The notes beneath the pieces are model-generated. The model was not told where the DNA came from. It searched no databases and saw only the letters and a list, made by a program, of their open reading frames with translations. The position numbers were made by a program, and so were the translations under genes. A stretch of DNA of 64,000 bases, taken from the IMG/VR virus record IMGVR_UViG_3300017784_007549, positions 1 to 64,000 of that record. The stretch is one strand, 5' to 3'. How positions within the stretch are numbered: the first letter of the stretch is position 1; every line of letters starts with the position of its first letter. Source of the stretch: a virus. Below are positions 1-7,887 of the stretch, one piece after another.

Positions 1-27
1 ATTTGTTATCTTTTATCTTATGTATAT

Positions 28-55
28 AGTTTACCACAATTCCTGCAAAAGTCAA
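28..55 (-). promoter_or_regulatory. sigma70-like promoter (TTGACT-N16-TAAACT, extended TG) for a gene beyond the left edge
   Basis: Reverse complement of 28-55; -35 at 50-55, -10 at 28-33. Confidence 0.6.
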
Positions 56-240
56 ATTATTTCTTCAATTTGTTTTTCGTTGATTATCATAGAGTTATGA
101 TGAGCAACTTCAACTTTGTGTTCATATTTCGAGAAACTTTCATCGAGTCTCTTTTGGGATTCTTCAACGGCTTTTTTGAGGTCAGCCGAAGCTTTGTCTA
201 AATTTCCGAGGAGGATTTCTAATTTTGTTTTTCTTTTCAT
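52..240 (-). CDS. Small helical hypothetical protein, paralog of 1229-1402
   Basis: 62-aa ORF; KLEILLGNLDKASA resembles KFETLLANLEKASA; promoter directly upstream. Confidence 0.7.
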   Translation of the reverse strand: MKRKTKLEILLGNLDKASADLKKAVEESQKRLDESFSKYEHKVEVAHHNSMIINEKQIEEII

Positions 241-246
241 ACCTAT

Positions 247-274
247 AATTTATCACATTTTAGAAATTTTGCAA
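247..274 (-). promoter_or_regulatory. sigma70-like leaderless promoter (TTGCAA-N16-TAAATT)
   Basis: -10 ends 6 nt before the ATG at 240. Confidence 0.6.
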
Positions 275-290
275 GATATTTCTTCATTTA

Positions 291-369
291 AATCTCGTTC
301 ACCATCAACGAGTTACAGCTGCAGACCCCGTGCCGTGCGTAACCCACTGATAGGTAGGCACTTACGCAC
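291..369. repeat. Two copies of a 25-bp imperfect palindrome (291-315, 340-364) joined by a GC-rich linker
   Basis: ctcgtt-N7-aacgag; gtgcgtaa (335-342) ... ttacgcac (362-369); third copy at 1456-1480. Confidence 0.65.
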
Positions 370-386
370 AGTAGTTTAACTTATCG

Positions 387-782
387 TTATAGCTTATAGA
401 ACTTATGATGCTGTATGACTGCTACTAGCTTAGTGTCCTTAGCCCACTTAGGCGAGACGCTGACAGCGTGGTAATGGTTAGCACCCTTGACGATGTCGGG
501 CATCTGCTTATGCAGAACAAGATCAGCGAGGTACAGAGCGTTCTTCCCTTGCGGTGTAGCTAGTAGCTTCTTCTTAGTAGCTTCACTCACGCCACTATTC
601 CAGAAGCTGAATTGTTTAGGTGCTAGGCAGACCTGTGAGGCTGTCTGCTTACGCTCTATCATCCGTGTCTGAATGACGCTAGCAACGCCAGCCATTCCTT
701 CGAATGTCTCGCCCCTAGCTTCGCCAAGTATTGTTAATGCTACTACGAGTAATTCTGCTGTCATACTATTAGTCCCTTCCAT
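387..782 (-). CDS. Cell wall hydrolase, SleB/Hydrolase_2-like
   Basis: TILGEARGE..G..VA.VI..R, QFS, GANHYH, PKWA and HKFY motifs. Confidence 0.85.
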   Translation of the reverse strand: MEGTNSMTAELLVVALTILGEARGETFEGMAGVASVIQTRMIERKQTASQVCLAPKQFSFWNSGVSEATKKKLLATPQGKNALYLADLVLHKQMPDIVKGANHYHAVSVSPKWAKDTKLVAVIQHHKFYKL

Positions 783-1188
783 TGCTTACTGCACCGCAGT
801 AGTCACTAGGTTTCTCTGCTGTGATCGTACCGAATCCGTAGGTATCGTTAGAGACAGAGACACGAAGGAATCGCCCATCAATGATGTTGTCGAATTGACC
901 TTGTGCCTTGATCTTCGCAAGGCTCATCAATCCACCCTTCATTCCCTTTGCGTTGATCTTGTTGCATAGGGAATGTAGAGCGATCTTAACGAGAGCGTGT
1001 AAGACTGCCTCGGGTTGAGCGTAGAAGTAGAACGCTTTGCCGTTGCCCATATCGTGCAACTGCCCATTGGTTGCACCCCAGTTGTATAGGGCATTGTGGA
1101 ACGAAGTGATGCGACCTTTGCCACCTTCCAAGAGGAAAGCGGTTGTATCGCCGAATGATTGTTTAGTGATGTTTAGTTGGTTTTTCAT
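769..1188 (-). CDS. Hypothetical protein; start revised from 1263 to ATG 1188
   Basis: ORF track; a TTGACA-N17-TAATAT promoter lies inside the 1189-1263 extension. Confidence 0.7.
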   Translation of the reverse strand: MKNQLNITKQSFGDTTAFLLEGGKGRITSFHNALYNWGATNGQLHDMGNGKAFYFYAQPEAVLHALVKIALHSLCNKINAKGMKGGLMSLAKIKAQGQFDNIIDGRFLRVSVSNDTYGFGTITAEKPSDYCGAVSNGRD

Positions 1189-1195
1189 AGTGGTT

Positions 1196-1224
1196 ATATT
1201 ATCCTTTTCGATTGGTTGTGTCAA
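1196..1224 (-). promoter_or_regulatory. Near-consensus sigma70 promoter TTGACA-N17-TAATAT
   Basis: -35 at 1219-1224, -10 at 1196-1201, ATG 7 nt downstream. Confidence 0.8.
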
Positions 1225-1228
1225 TGCC

Positions 1229-1402
1229 TTATTCGCAAGCGTGGCTGAGATCGCTAGGCTCATAGATCTTTAGCATCTCCTCACGCTTAGAGGAATACTG
1301 CTCAGAGACTTTAAGGAAAGACTCACAAGCCTTAGCGTGATTCGCAGAGGCTTTTTCAAGGTTAGCTAGCAGGGTTTCGAACTTACTTAATTTGTTTTTC
1401 AT
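1229..1402 (-). CDS. Small hypothetical protein, paralog of 52-240; start revised to ATG 1402
   Basis: MKNKLSKFETLLANLEKASA; promoter at 1411-1438. Confidence 0.65.
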   Translation of the reverse strand: MKNKLSKFETLLANLEKASANHAKACESFLKVSEQYSSKREEMLKIYEPSDLSHACE

Positions 1403-1410
1403 ATAAGAGT

Positions 1411-1480
1411 AGTCTATCATATTACAGGAAAGGTACAAGAGATATTTTCAAGTTAAATTTCATTGATAGTTAATGACTTA
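1411..1480 (-). promoter_or_regulatory. sigma70-like promoter (TTGTAC-N16-TAGACT) with upstream 25-bp palindrome
   Basis: Same architecture as 247-315; tcatt-N7-aatga at 1460-1476. Confidence 0.55.
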
Positions 1481-1749
1481 TGATTTATGCCTAATATTTT
1501 TTATAGATATACCCCCCCATTTTTAAAAACTTTGAGTAGCCTATATCTTGTAAATAGCCGTGGGGGGCTTAAACTCATTCTCCCCTATTATAATAATTGT
1601 TTATTCTATATCCTTATGTATACCCCCCCCTTTTTTCTAAATCTAATATAAAATCATTAGAATAGAATATATTTCAAAGTAAAAAAATCCACGGAGCTAT
1701 TTTTCTCATAAACCCTTTTCTTATATACCCTTATCTATTTGGCCGCTAT

Positions 1750-1755
1750 GTGTAA
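1750..1755 (+). promoter_or_regulatory. GTGTAA putative late-promoter motif
   Basis: 11 nt before ATG 1767; motif recurs before many genes. Confidence 0.6.
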
Positions 1756-1766
1756 ATATATTTAAT

Positions 1767-1994
1767 ATGAATAAAAATATAAAAACAACAACATTAATAT
1801 GTCTGGTCTTAGGTAGCCTGTTCTACCTCTTATCTAAAACAAAAACAACTGAACACCAACAAACTAGCGCCAAGGACACTGCTATACTTATTATTGATAA
1901 AAAACCCTTACCTTTACCCGCGCCCAAGCCTTTATATTTGTTACGCGCCCAAAAAAATTACCTTGAAGTAGGAGATAGTGTAAGTAAAAGGTGA
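1767..1994 (+). CDS. Small protein with an N-terminal membrane anchor
   Basis: Hydrophobic stretch LICLVLGSLFYLL; Pro-rich middle. Confidence 0.6.
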   Translation: MNKNIKTTTLICLVLGSLFYLLSKTKTTEHQQTSAKDTAILIIDKKPLPLPAPKPLYLLRAQKNYLEVGDSVSKR

Positions 1995-2980
1995 CCTTAT
2001 TTTCAGCATTATTAGGATTTAGTGCGATCTTCGTAGCCTCTTGTGGAGCATTTTTTTCTGTTAAAGGTATAGGTTTATTATTCTCTGGTAGTTTTTGGGC
2101 TACTATATTAATGGCTAGTAGTCTTGAGTTTGGTAAATTAATGACAACTAGCTTCTTGTACCGCTATTGGAATAAAATTAATAAATTATTAAAAATATAT
2201 TTAACTTGTGCCGTTTTAGTATTAATGGGTATAACTAGCCTTGGAGTCTTTGGTTTTCTTAGTCAAGCCTTTTATTCAACAAAAAGTAATTTAGATTCAA
2301 TACAATCAGAGCTTACTTTATTAGAGGACAAGAAGAGTTCATTAAACTCTCAAATAACTTCTAATAACGAAAGAGTTCAAACCTTGACCGATACCCGTAA
2401 AAATCAAGAGAATAATCTTACTAAAGTACTAGATCAGTCCACAACCACAACAGTAAACAAGTCTGGTGGTTTATTTGGCAAAGATACTCAAGAAAAAGTA
2501 ATAGATAAAAAATCAGTAGAATTAAAATCAAAAACATTAGAAGGTATGCAATCTAGTATATCTTCATTAGAATCTAATATAGAAAAAATTAATAATATTA
2601 ACAGCTCATTATTGATAGAAATTAATACTCTTGATAACTCTATTATCTCTTTAAATAAACAAATAACAAAATCAGATATTGGCACATATAAATTTATCGC
2701 CAAAGCTTTTAATGTGGACATTGAAACAGTAGTTAAATGGTTTATTTTATTTATAGTAGTGGTATTTGATCCATTAGCAATATCTCTTGTATTGGCCTAC
2801 AACATAGCTTCTAGTAGAAAACCAAACGAGACAATCGTAGAAAAGATAGTAGAAGTAGAAAAAATAATTGAAAAACCAGTAAATACAATAAAAAATATAT
2901 ATACCAATTATAAAAGAGGTACTAAAAAAATGCACAATCCAGATCTAGCAGACCCAAATTTAGAATGTAATTTAGACTAA
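1991..2980 (+). CDS. Membrane protein with three N-terminal TM segments, a long coiled coil and a C-terminal TM segment
   Basis: 329-aa ORF, hydropathy pattern; GTGTAA at 1978-1983. Confidence 0.75.
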   Translation: MTLFSALLGFSAIFVASCGAFFSVKGIGLLFSGSFWATILMASSLEFGKLMTTSFLYRYWNKINKLLKIYLTCAVLVLMGITSLGVFGFLSQAFYSTKSNLDSIQSELTLLEDKKSSLNSQITSNNERVQTLTDTRKNQENNLTKVLDQSTTTTVNKSGGLFGKDTQEKVIDKKSVELKSKTLEGMQSSISSLESNIEKINNINSSLLIEINTLDNSIISLNKQITKSDIGTYKFIAKAFNVDIETVVKWFILFIVVVFDPLAISLVLAYNIASSRKPNETIVEKIVEVEKIIEKPVNTIKNIYTNYKRGTKKMHNPDLADPNLECNLD

Positions 2981-3253
2981 AGAATAGCCTTTTTTAAAAT
3001 TTAAATTTAATTCAAAAGGATTTACGGGTTGCCTGTGATCAAACCTCTTAATAAAGCTTGCGCCAGATTTTGGCATTTTAGCCACAAACATTTTGTTGTC
3101 CATTCTTAATGTAACATGAGAAGGTAATACAGAGATGCTCATTAATTTACCTTTCATATTTCTTTTTATTGCTCTAGCTATTGCGCAATTTTGAGGATTA
3201 GCCATTTCCCCTTCAAATATATTTTGTTGTGTTATTTTTATAGTTTTATTCAT
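2972..3253 (-). CDS. Hypothetical protein
   Basis: 93-aa ORF coupled by an ATGA overlap to 3250-3888. Confidence 0.7.
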   Translation of the reverse strand: MNKTIKITQQNIFEGEMANPQNCAIARAIKRNMKGKLMSISVLPSHVTLRMDNKMFVAKMPKSGASFIKRFDHRQPVNPFELNLNFKKGYSLV

Positions 3254-3888
3254 TTTATTTCCTGTATTTTATAATCATAATTATCACTATCTTCAGTAAC
3301 CCATTTTGGGCTATTTTCAGAAGTATAAATATGAGAGTTTATTTTTCTTTGCAACAATAATTCATTTGTTTTTGTTGCGAAGCTTGGATCGAATACTTTG
3401 ATTCTATTATTAGGTTGTATTGCGAAATTACCATTGTCGAGTTTTATAACATGACCAGCTTTATGTTGATCTGGTTTTTGACTAAATCCAAAATTCAATT
3501 CATTATAATCGCTGTGCGCCCAATCAAAAGTAAATAAATAACGTCCAAGATACTCTTTTCCACTTCTGCCAGTATATTTTACGACTTTATTTTCTAATAA
3601 ATAAAAAGTTGTTACAGAAATGTGATAACTAAAACTATCCCAAAGTTCGAGTTCAGTTAATTCCATATCTGGTGCGTCTTCTTTAGAGCAAAAAGCGCTA
3701 ATAGGCGCATGCCACCAAATCCCACCATCTTCCATAAGGAAATTAAAAAGTGGGACTTGACTTGGCAAACTTGTGACACCAAAAATTAAACATTTATATT
3801 TTTTATCAAAGTTATCTTCTTGATTTCTTAAAAAATTTCCTCTAACATAGCATTCGATTGGAGGTATATTAGCGTTTAAGTAGGCCAC
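3250..3888 (-). CDS. Hypothetical phage protein (GTG start)
   Basis: 212-aa ORF; GTGTAA on the minus strand at 3900-3905. Confidence 0.8.
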   Translation of the reverse strand: MAYLNANIPPIECYVRGNFLRNQEDNFDKKYKCLIFGVTSLPSQVPLFNFLMEDGGIWWHAPISAFCSKEDAPDMELTELELWDSFSYHISVTTFYLLENKVVKYTGRSGKEYLGRYLFTFDWAHSDYNELNFGFSQKPDQHKAGHVIKLDNGNFAIQPNNRIKVFDPSFATKTNELLLQRKINSHIYTSENSPKWVTEDSDNYDYKIQEIK

Positions 3889-3899
3889 AGTTAATTTAT

Positions 3900-3926
3900 T
3901 TACACTTAATTTAAAATATGGTGTAA
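3900..3926. promoter_or_regulatory. Divergent pair of GTGTAA motifs
   Basis: ttacac 3900-3905 and gtgtaa 3921-3926, each facing a gene start. Confidence 0.7.
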
Positions 3927-3943
3927 ATCATTACGTAAACCTC

Positions 3944-4669
3944 ATGTCTAAAAAGCATAGAAAAGAACAAAAAGAGGATAAGTCACCAGTAGTTCCTCAA
4001 AGAGATAAAATTCAACAACCCTTGAATATTAGGGATCTCAATTGGACAGAAAATCAAAAGAAGTTCATTCAAACTCTGCAAGATAAATCTACTAAGATGA
4101 TGTTCTGTAAAGGCCCAGCAGGAACAGCTAAAAGTTTGTTAAGCGTTTATTGTGCTCTTCATGCAATTAATAATAAGAAGGTAGGAGAGATATTTTATAT
4201 TCGCAATCCTGTCGAAAGTAGCACCCACAACTTAGGATTTCTTAAAGGTGATCTTCATGAAAAACTAGATCCATATTTACAACCTTTAATGGATAAGCTA
4301 CATGAGCTTCTTCCAAAAGGTCAAGCAGAACTATTATTAAAGCAAGAGAGGGTGAAAGGGCTCCCACTAGGATTTTTAAGAGGTCTCAGTATTAATGCTA
4401 GCTATATTATATGTGACGAAGCGCAAAATTTAAGTATCCATGATCTTTTGTTAGTTAGTACAAGAATGGGTAAATTTAGTAAATTAATATTTATTGGAGA
4501 TATTCGTCAATCAGATATTAAGAACAGCGGTTTTGAAAGAGTATACCAGCTATTTGATGATGAAAAAAGTAAAAATAAAGGCATAATTACTTTTAAATTT
4601 GGCACAGATGATATTATGAGAAATGATATTTTAGCTTATATTATTGAAAAATTTGAAGAAGTACACTAA
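3944..4669 (+). CDS. phoH: PhoH-family ATPase
   Basis: GPAGTAKS Walker A, LGFLKG, FLRG, IICDEAQN, GDIRQSD. Confidence 0.92.
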   Translation: MSKKHRKEQKEDKSPVVPQRDKIQQPLNIRDLNWTENQKKFIQTLQDKSTKMMFCKGPAGTAKSLLSVYCALHAINNKKVGEIFYIRNPVESSTHNLGFLKGDLHEKLDPYLQPLMDKLHELLPKGQAELLLKQERVKGLPLGFLRGLSINASYIICDEAQNLSIHDLLLVSTRMGKFSKLIFIGDIRQSDIKNSGFERVYQLFDDEKSKNKGIITFKFGTDDIMRNDILAYIIEKFEEVH

Positions 4670-4676
4670 TTAAATA

Positions 4677-4705
4677 TTGAAATTTTAATTAATTTTAAGT
4701 ATAAT
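4677..4705 (+). promoter_or_regulatory. sigma70 promoter TTGAAA-N17-TATAAT
   Basis: ATG 4713 lies 7 nt after the -10. Confidence 0.8.
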
Positions 4706-4712
4706 TAGTATT

Positions 4713-5186
4713 ATGTTAAAATTATATTGTACAGAATGTGGTGGTCCAACTAGCTATTTAGATTCTAAACCAAAATTTTGCAGTTCATGCGGAATTTCTT
4801 TTGATAAGTTAGTTGTTAATAAAGTTTTGCTTCAAAAACCAACAGCAGATAAACCTGTTGCGCCAAAGAAAATTGTTTCAAAATTTCAAAGAGTAACAGA
4901 CGATGAAGATACAGACTCCGATTTTGATGATTCAGAATACGATATTAATGAAGTAAATCGTGTGCCATCAATTCATAAATTAGATGTCGAAATTGATCAA
5001 GAGTATCAAGATAAAAAAGTAAAAACTAAGATTGGAGATATTATTGGAAGCGCAACAAATCCATCAAGAAAAGAAAAGATCAAAGGCAAGCCAGTAACGA
5101 AAGCAGATCGTAAAAAATTCTTAGAGGATTTTAAAAGAGAAGCGGGTTCTATACGCCAATCTTCGCGAAAGCCCAAAGATGGATGA
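4713..5186 (+). CDS. Zinc-ribbon protein with an acidic middle
   Basis: CTECG...CSSCG at the N-terminus. Confidence 0.75.
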   Translation: MLKLYCTECGGPTSYLDSKPKFCSSCGISFDKLVVNKVLLQKPTADKPVAPKKIVSKFQRVTDDEDTDSDFDDSEYDINEVNRVPSIHKLDVEIDQEYQDKKVKTKIGDIIGSATNPSRKEKIKGKPVTKADRKKFLEDFKREAGSIRQSSRKPKDG

Positions 5187-5859
5187 AAAACCCACATATG
5201 AGAGTCTATTTGGTTTAATAAATTCCGAAATTATAAAAAGAAAAAATAAGTGGAATTTAACAGCAATTAATTGGATGGACTTTAGTGATGTATCGCAAAT
5301 CTTACGAATACATATCTATAAAAAATGGCATCTTTATGATCCTCAAAAACCTCTTGCTCCTTGGGTTAATAGAATTATAAGCAATCAAATTAAGAATTTA
5401 ATTAGAAATAATTATAGTAATTTTACACGCCCTTGTCTTAAATGTGCTGCAGCTGAAGGAGATTTTGGGTGCGCAATTTATTCAATACAATGTAAGACTT
5501 GTCCACTTTATGCAAATTGGGAAAAAAGCAAAAAGAACGCGCACGATACAAAATTAACTCTTAGTATAGAAAATCATCATCAAGAAATCAATGATTTGCA
5601 AATCAATAATTTTAATATGGAAAAATCAGCAAACAATATTCATACTAAAATGCAAAAAGTTTTAAAACCAATAGAATGGAAAGTATATCAGCATTTATAT
5701 ATAGAAGGTAAAGACGAGGAACAAACGGCGAAACTAATGGGATATAGAACTAGTGAAAAGAATAGAATCGCAGGGTATAAACAAATTAAAAATATTAAAA
5801 AGCTTATTATAATTAAAGTAAGAAAGCATCTTTATAATGGAGATATAGACATCAATTAA
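5179..5859 (+). CDS. sigma70/ECF-like sigma factor with a Cys-rich insertion; candidate late sigma
   Basis: Region-2-like DVSQ..RIHIYKKWHLYDPQKPLAPWVNRIISNQIKNLIR; region-4-like LKPIEWKVYQHLYIEGKDEEQTAKLMG. Confidence 0.7.
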   Translation: MDEKPTYESLFGLINSEIIKRKNKWNLTAINWMDFSDVSQILRIHIYKKWHLYDPQKPLAPWVNRIISNQIKNLIRNNYSNFTRPCLKCAAAEGDFGCAIYSIQCKTCPLYANWEKSKKNAHDTKLTLSIENHHQEINDLQINNFNMEKSANNIHTKMQKVLKPIEWKVYQHLYIEGKDEEQTAKLMGYRTSEKNRIAGYKQIKNIKKLIIIKVRKHLYNGDIDIN

Positions 5860-5860
5860 A

Positions 5861-6955
5861 ATGAGCGAAAATATTCCAGACCTAACAGAAGACCAAAAAT
5901 TAAAACTTCTTAATGAATGGAATAATCGTGTGGATAATCCACCGTCTTTAAATGACCTTGTCAAAATAGCTTTTAATAGAGAAGATTTGGACGGAAGAAG
6001 CAAAGAAGGCAAAGCTGTTAAAAATTTTCTCGCTTCCAGACAAATTAAACCTAAAAAAAGCTACGAATATCAAGCTAAGGGACTTTTGGAACTAACAGAC
6101 GATCAGAAAGAATACATTAGTAACAATTGTCATATGATGACAGGTTTAGAAATGGCTAGAGTTCTATTCAAAAATCAATCTTTAACAAATCTTTGCCAAG
6201 AGACAAGAAGCACTTTAGAGTATTTAAAAAACGTACCAAACAATATAAAATTCAACAACGATGCAAATGAAGATGCCTCGACAGAAGGATATCGTCCACC
6301 GAAAAGCGAAGAAAGAATGATTGTTAAAATAAACAAATATGTTTTAGATGGCATAGATAAAAATAAATTAACTCACAAGCATAAAAAAGAAATAAATTCA
6401 ATAATCAGCTACATGAATACTCATCGTTTTATTCATCAAATTAATATATACGACAATGAAAGCGATAGAGAGCTATTTGAAAGCAGCTTTGTAAGATATA
6501 CTTATGATAAAAGTGATTTATCTCAAGAAGAAGTTGATCAATATATAGTTTTATGCACAGAAGTTGTTATTTCTTCTAGTATCCAGCAAACAATCAATGT
6601 ACTGCAAAATCAAATAGAATTATCAATGCAAGAAGATGGTAAAATACCTATGGCCGTAGTAGAAGCAAGTAGCACAGCAAGAAAAGAATATAATGACTGC
6701 GTAAATCGCCAACAAAAATTAAATAACGATTTAAAAGTAAAACGCAGCGATAAATTAAGCAAGCAAATCAAAGATACGGCTTCTATAATAAATCTTGTAC
6801 AAATGTGGAAAGAAGAAGAGAGCAGAAGTAAACTTTTAAAAATGGCAGAAATAAGAAAAAAAAACATAGAAAAAGAAATAGATCGCTTATCTACAATGGA
6901 TGAAATAAAATGCAAGATTTTGGGCATATCTACAGATGAGATTTTAAATGGATGA
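5861..6955 (+). CDS. Hypothetical helical protein; possible small terminase by position
   Basis: 364-aa ORF with coiled-coil C-terminus, two genes upstream of TerL. Confidence 0.45.
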   Translation: MSENIPDLTEDQKLKLLNEWNNRVDNPPSLNDLVKIAFNREDLDGRSKEGKAVKNFLASRQIKPKKSYEYQAKGLLELTDDQKEYISNNCHMMTGLEMARVLFKNQSLTNLCQETRSTLEYLKNVPNNIKFNNDANEDASTEGYRPPKSEERMIVKINKYVLDGIDKNKLTHKHKKEINSIISYMNTHRFIHQINIYDNESDRELFESSFVRYTYDKSDLSQEEVDQYIVLCTEVVISSSIQQTINVLQNQIELSMQEDGKIPMAVVEASSTARKEYNDCVNRQQKLNNDLKVKRSDKLSKQIKDTASIINLVQMWKEEESRSKLLKMAEIRKKNIEKEIDRLSTMDEIKCKILGISTDEILNG

Positions 6956-7887
6956 GTGTTATATGTAAAATAGATGGTAAAGAATTCAAAGATGAAAAAA
7001 GTCTTCATTTTGCATTAAAAGGATATGGATTAAATAAAGTAAAATATTATCAAAAATATTTTGAACGTAGAGATTTATTAACAAATGAATTGATTAATTT
7101 TAAAACAAAAGAACAGTATTTAAATAGCGATTTTAATGATAAAAACAATATGAAGAAATGGCTTAAACAACAGCCAATCGATACAGCTAAAGAATATTGT
7201 AAAAATTTGTTAATTAAAAGAAAAGAACTTAAAAATTTAAAATACTCTCCTACGCAAATAGAGCTTAGAACAATAATGTCACCATCAATTATTTTTTATA
7301 ATAAAATATTTGGCAATTATTATAACTTATGCTCTTCTATTGCTTTAAAAAATAAATTTAATATTAATGTAGAAGTTAAAAATAATTTTAAAAATAAATT
7401 ATCACAAAAAGATATAATATATGTAGATACAAGAGAACAGAGTTGGTTGAAATTCAATATTCCTTTTGAAATTAAAACATTACCTTTTGGAGATTATTCC
7501 TGCTCAAATAATAACTGTAATTGCTATATAGAAAGAAAAAGTTTAAGTGATTTTATCAGTACACTTAGCGTTAAAAATTTTGACCGTTTTAAAAATGAAA
7601 TAGAAAAAGCTAAAAATAATAATTCATATATTATAGTTATGATAGAAGAAAAATTATCAAATGCATTAAGCTTTCAATATCTTCCACATATAAGTAAAAA
7701 AATAAAAGCTACCCCAGAATATATATTCCACAACGTTAGAGATTTACTGCAACAATATGACAATTTACAATTCTTATTTGTAGACGGTAGATCAGAAATG
7801 ATCAGAGTTATTGAAAATATTTTTGCTAGTGACTGTTTCTATAAGGATTTTGATCTTCAACTTGCATATGATACAAAAAATTTATGA
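6952..7887 (+). CDS. ERCC4/XPF-Mus81-type nuclease domain protein
   Basis: VDTREQ, LPFGDY and IERKSLSDF motifs. Confidence 0.85.
   Translation: MSVICKIDGKEFKDEKSLHFALKGYGLNKVKYYQKYFERRDLLTNELINFKTKEQYLNSDFNDKNNMKKWLKQQPIDTAKEYCKNLLIKRKELKNLKYSPTQIELRTIMSPSIIFYNKIFGNYYNLCSSIALKNKFNINVEVKNNFKNKLSQKDIIYVDTREQSWLKFNIPFEIKTLPFGDYSCSNNNCNCYIERKSLSDFISTLSVKNFDRFKNEIEKAKNNNSYIIVMIEEKLSNALSFQYLPHISKKIKATPEYIFHNVRDLLQQYDNLQFLFVDGRSEMIRVIENIFASDCFYKDFDLQLAYDTKNL

Noticed and set aside
116-1273. Plus-strand ORFs 116-379, 487-672, 673-969 and 1037-1273
   Set aside because: They are antisense to better-supported minus-strand genes that have promoters and recognisable motifs.
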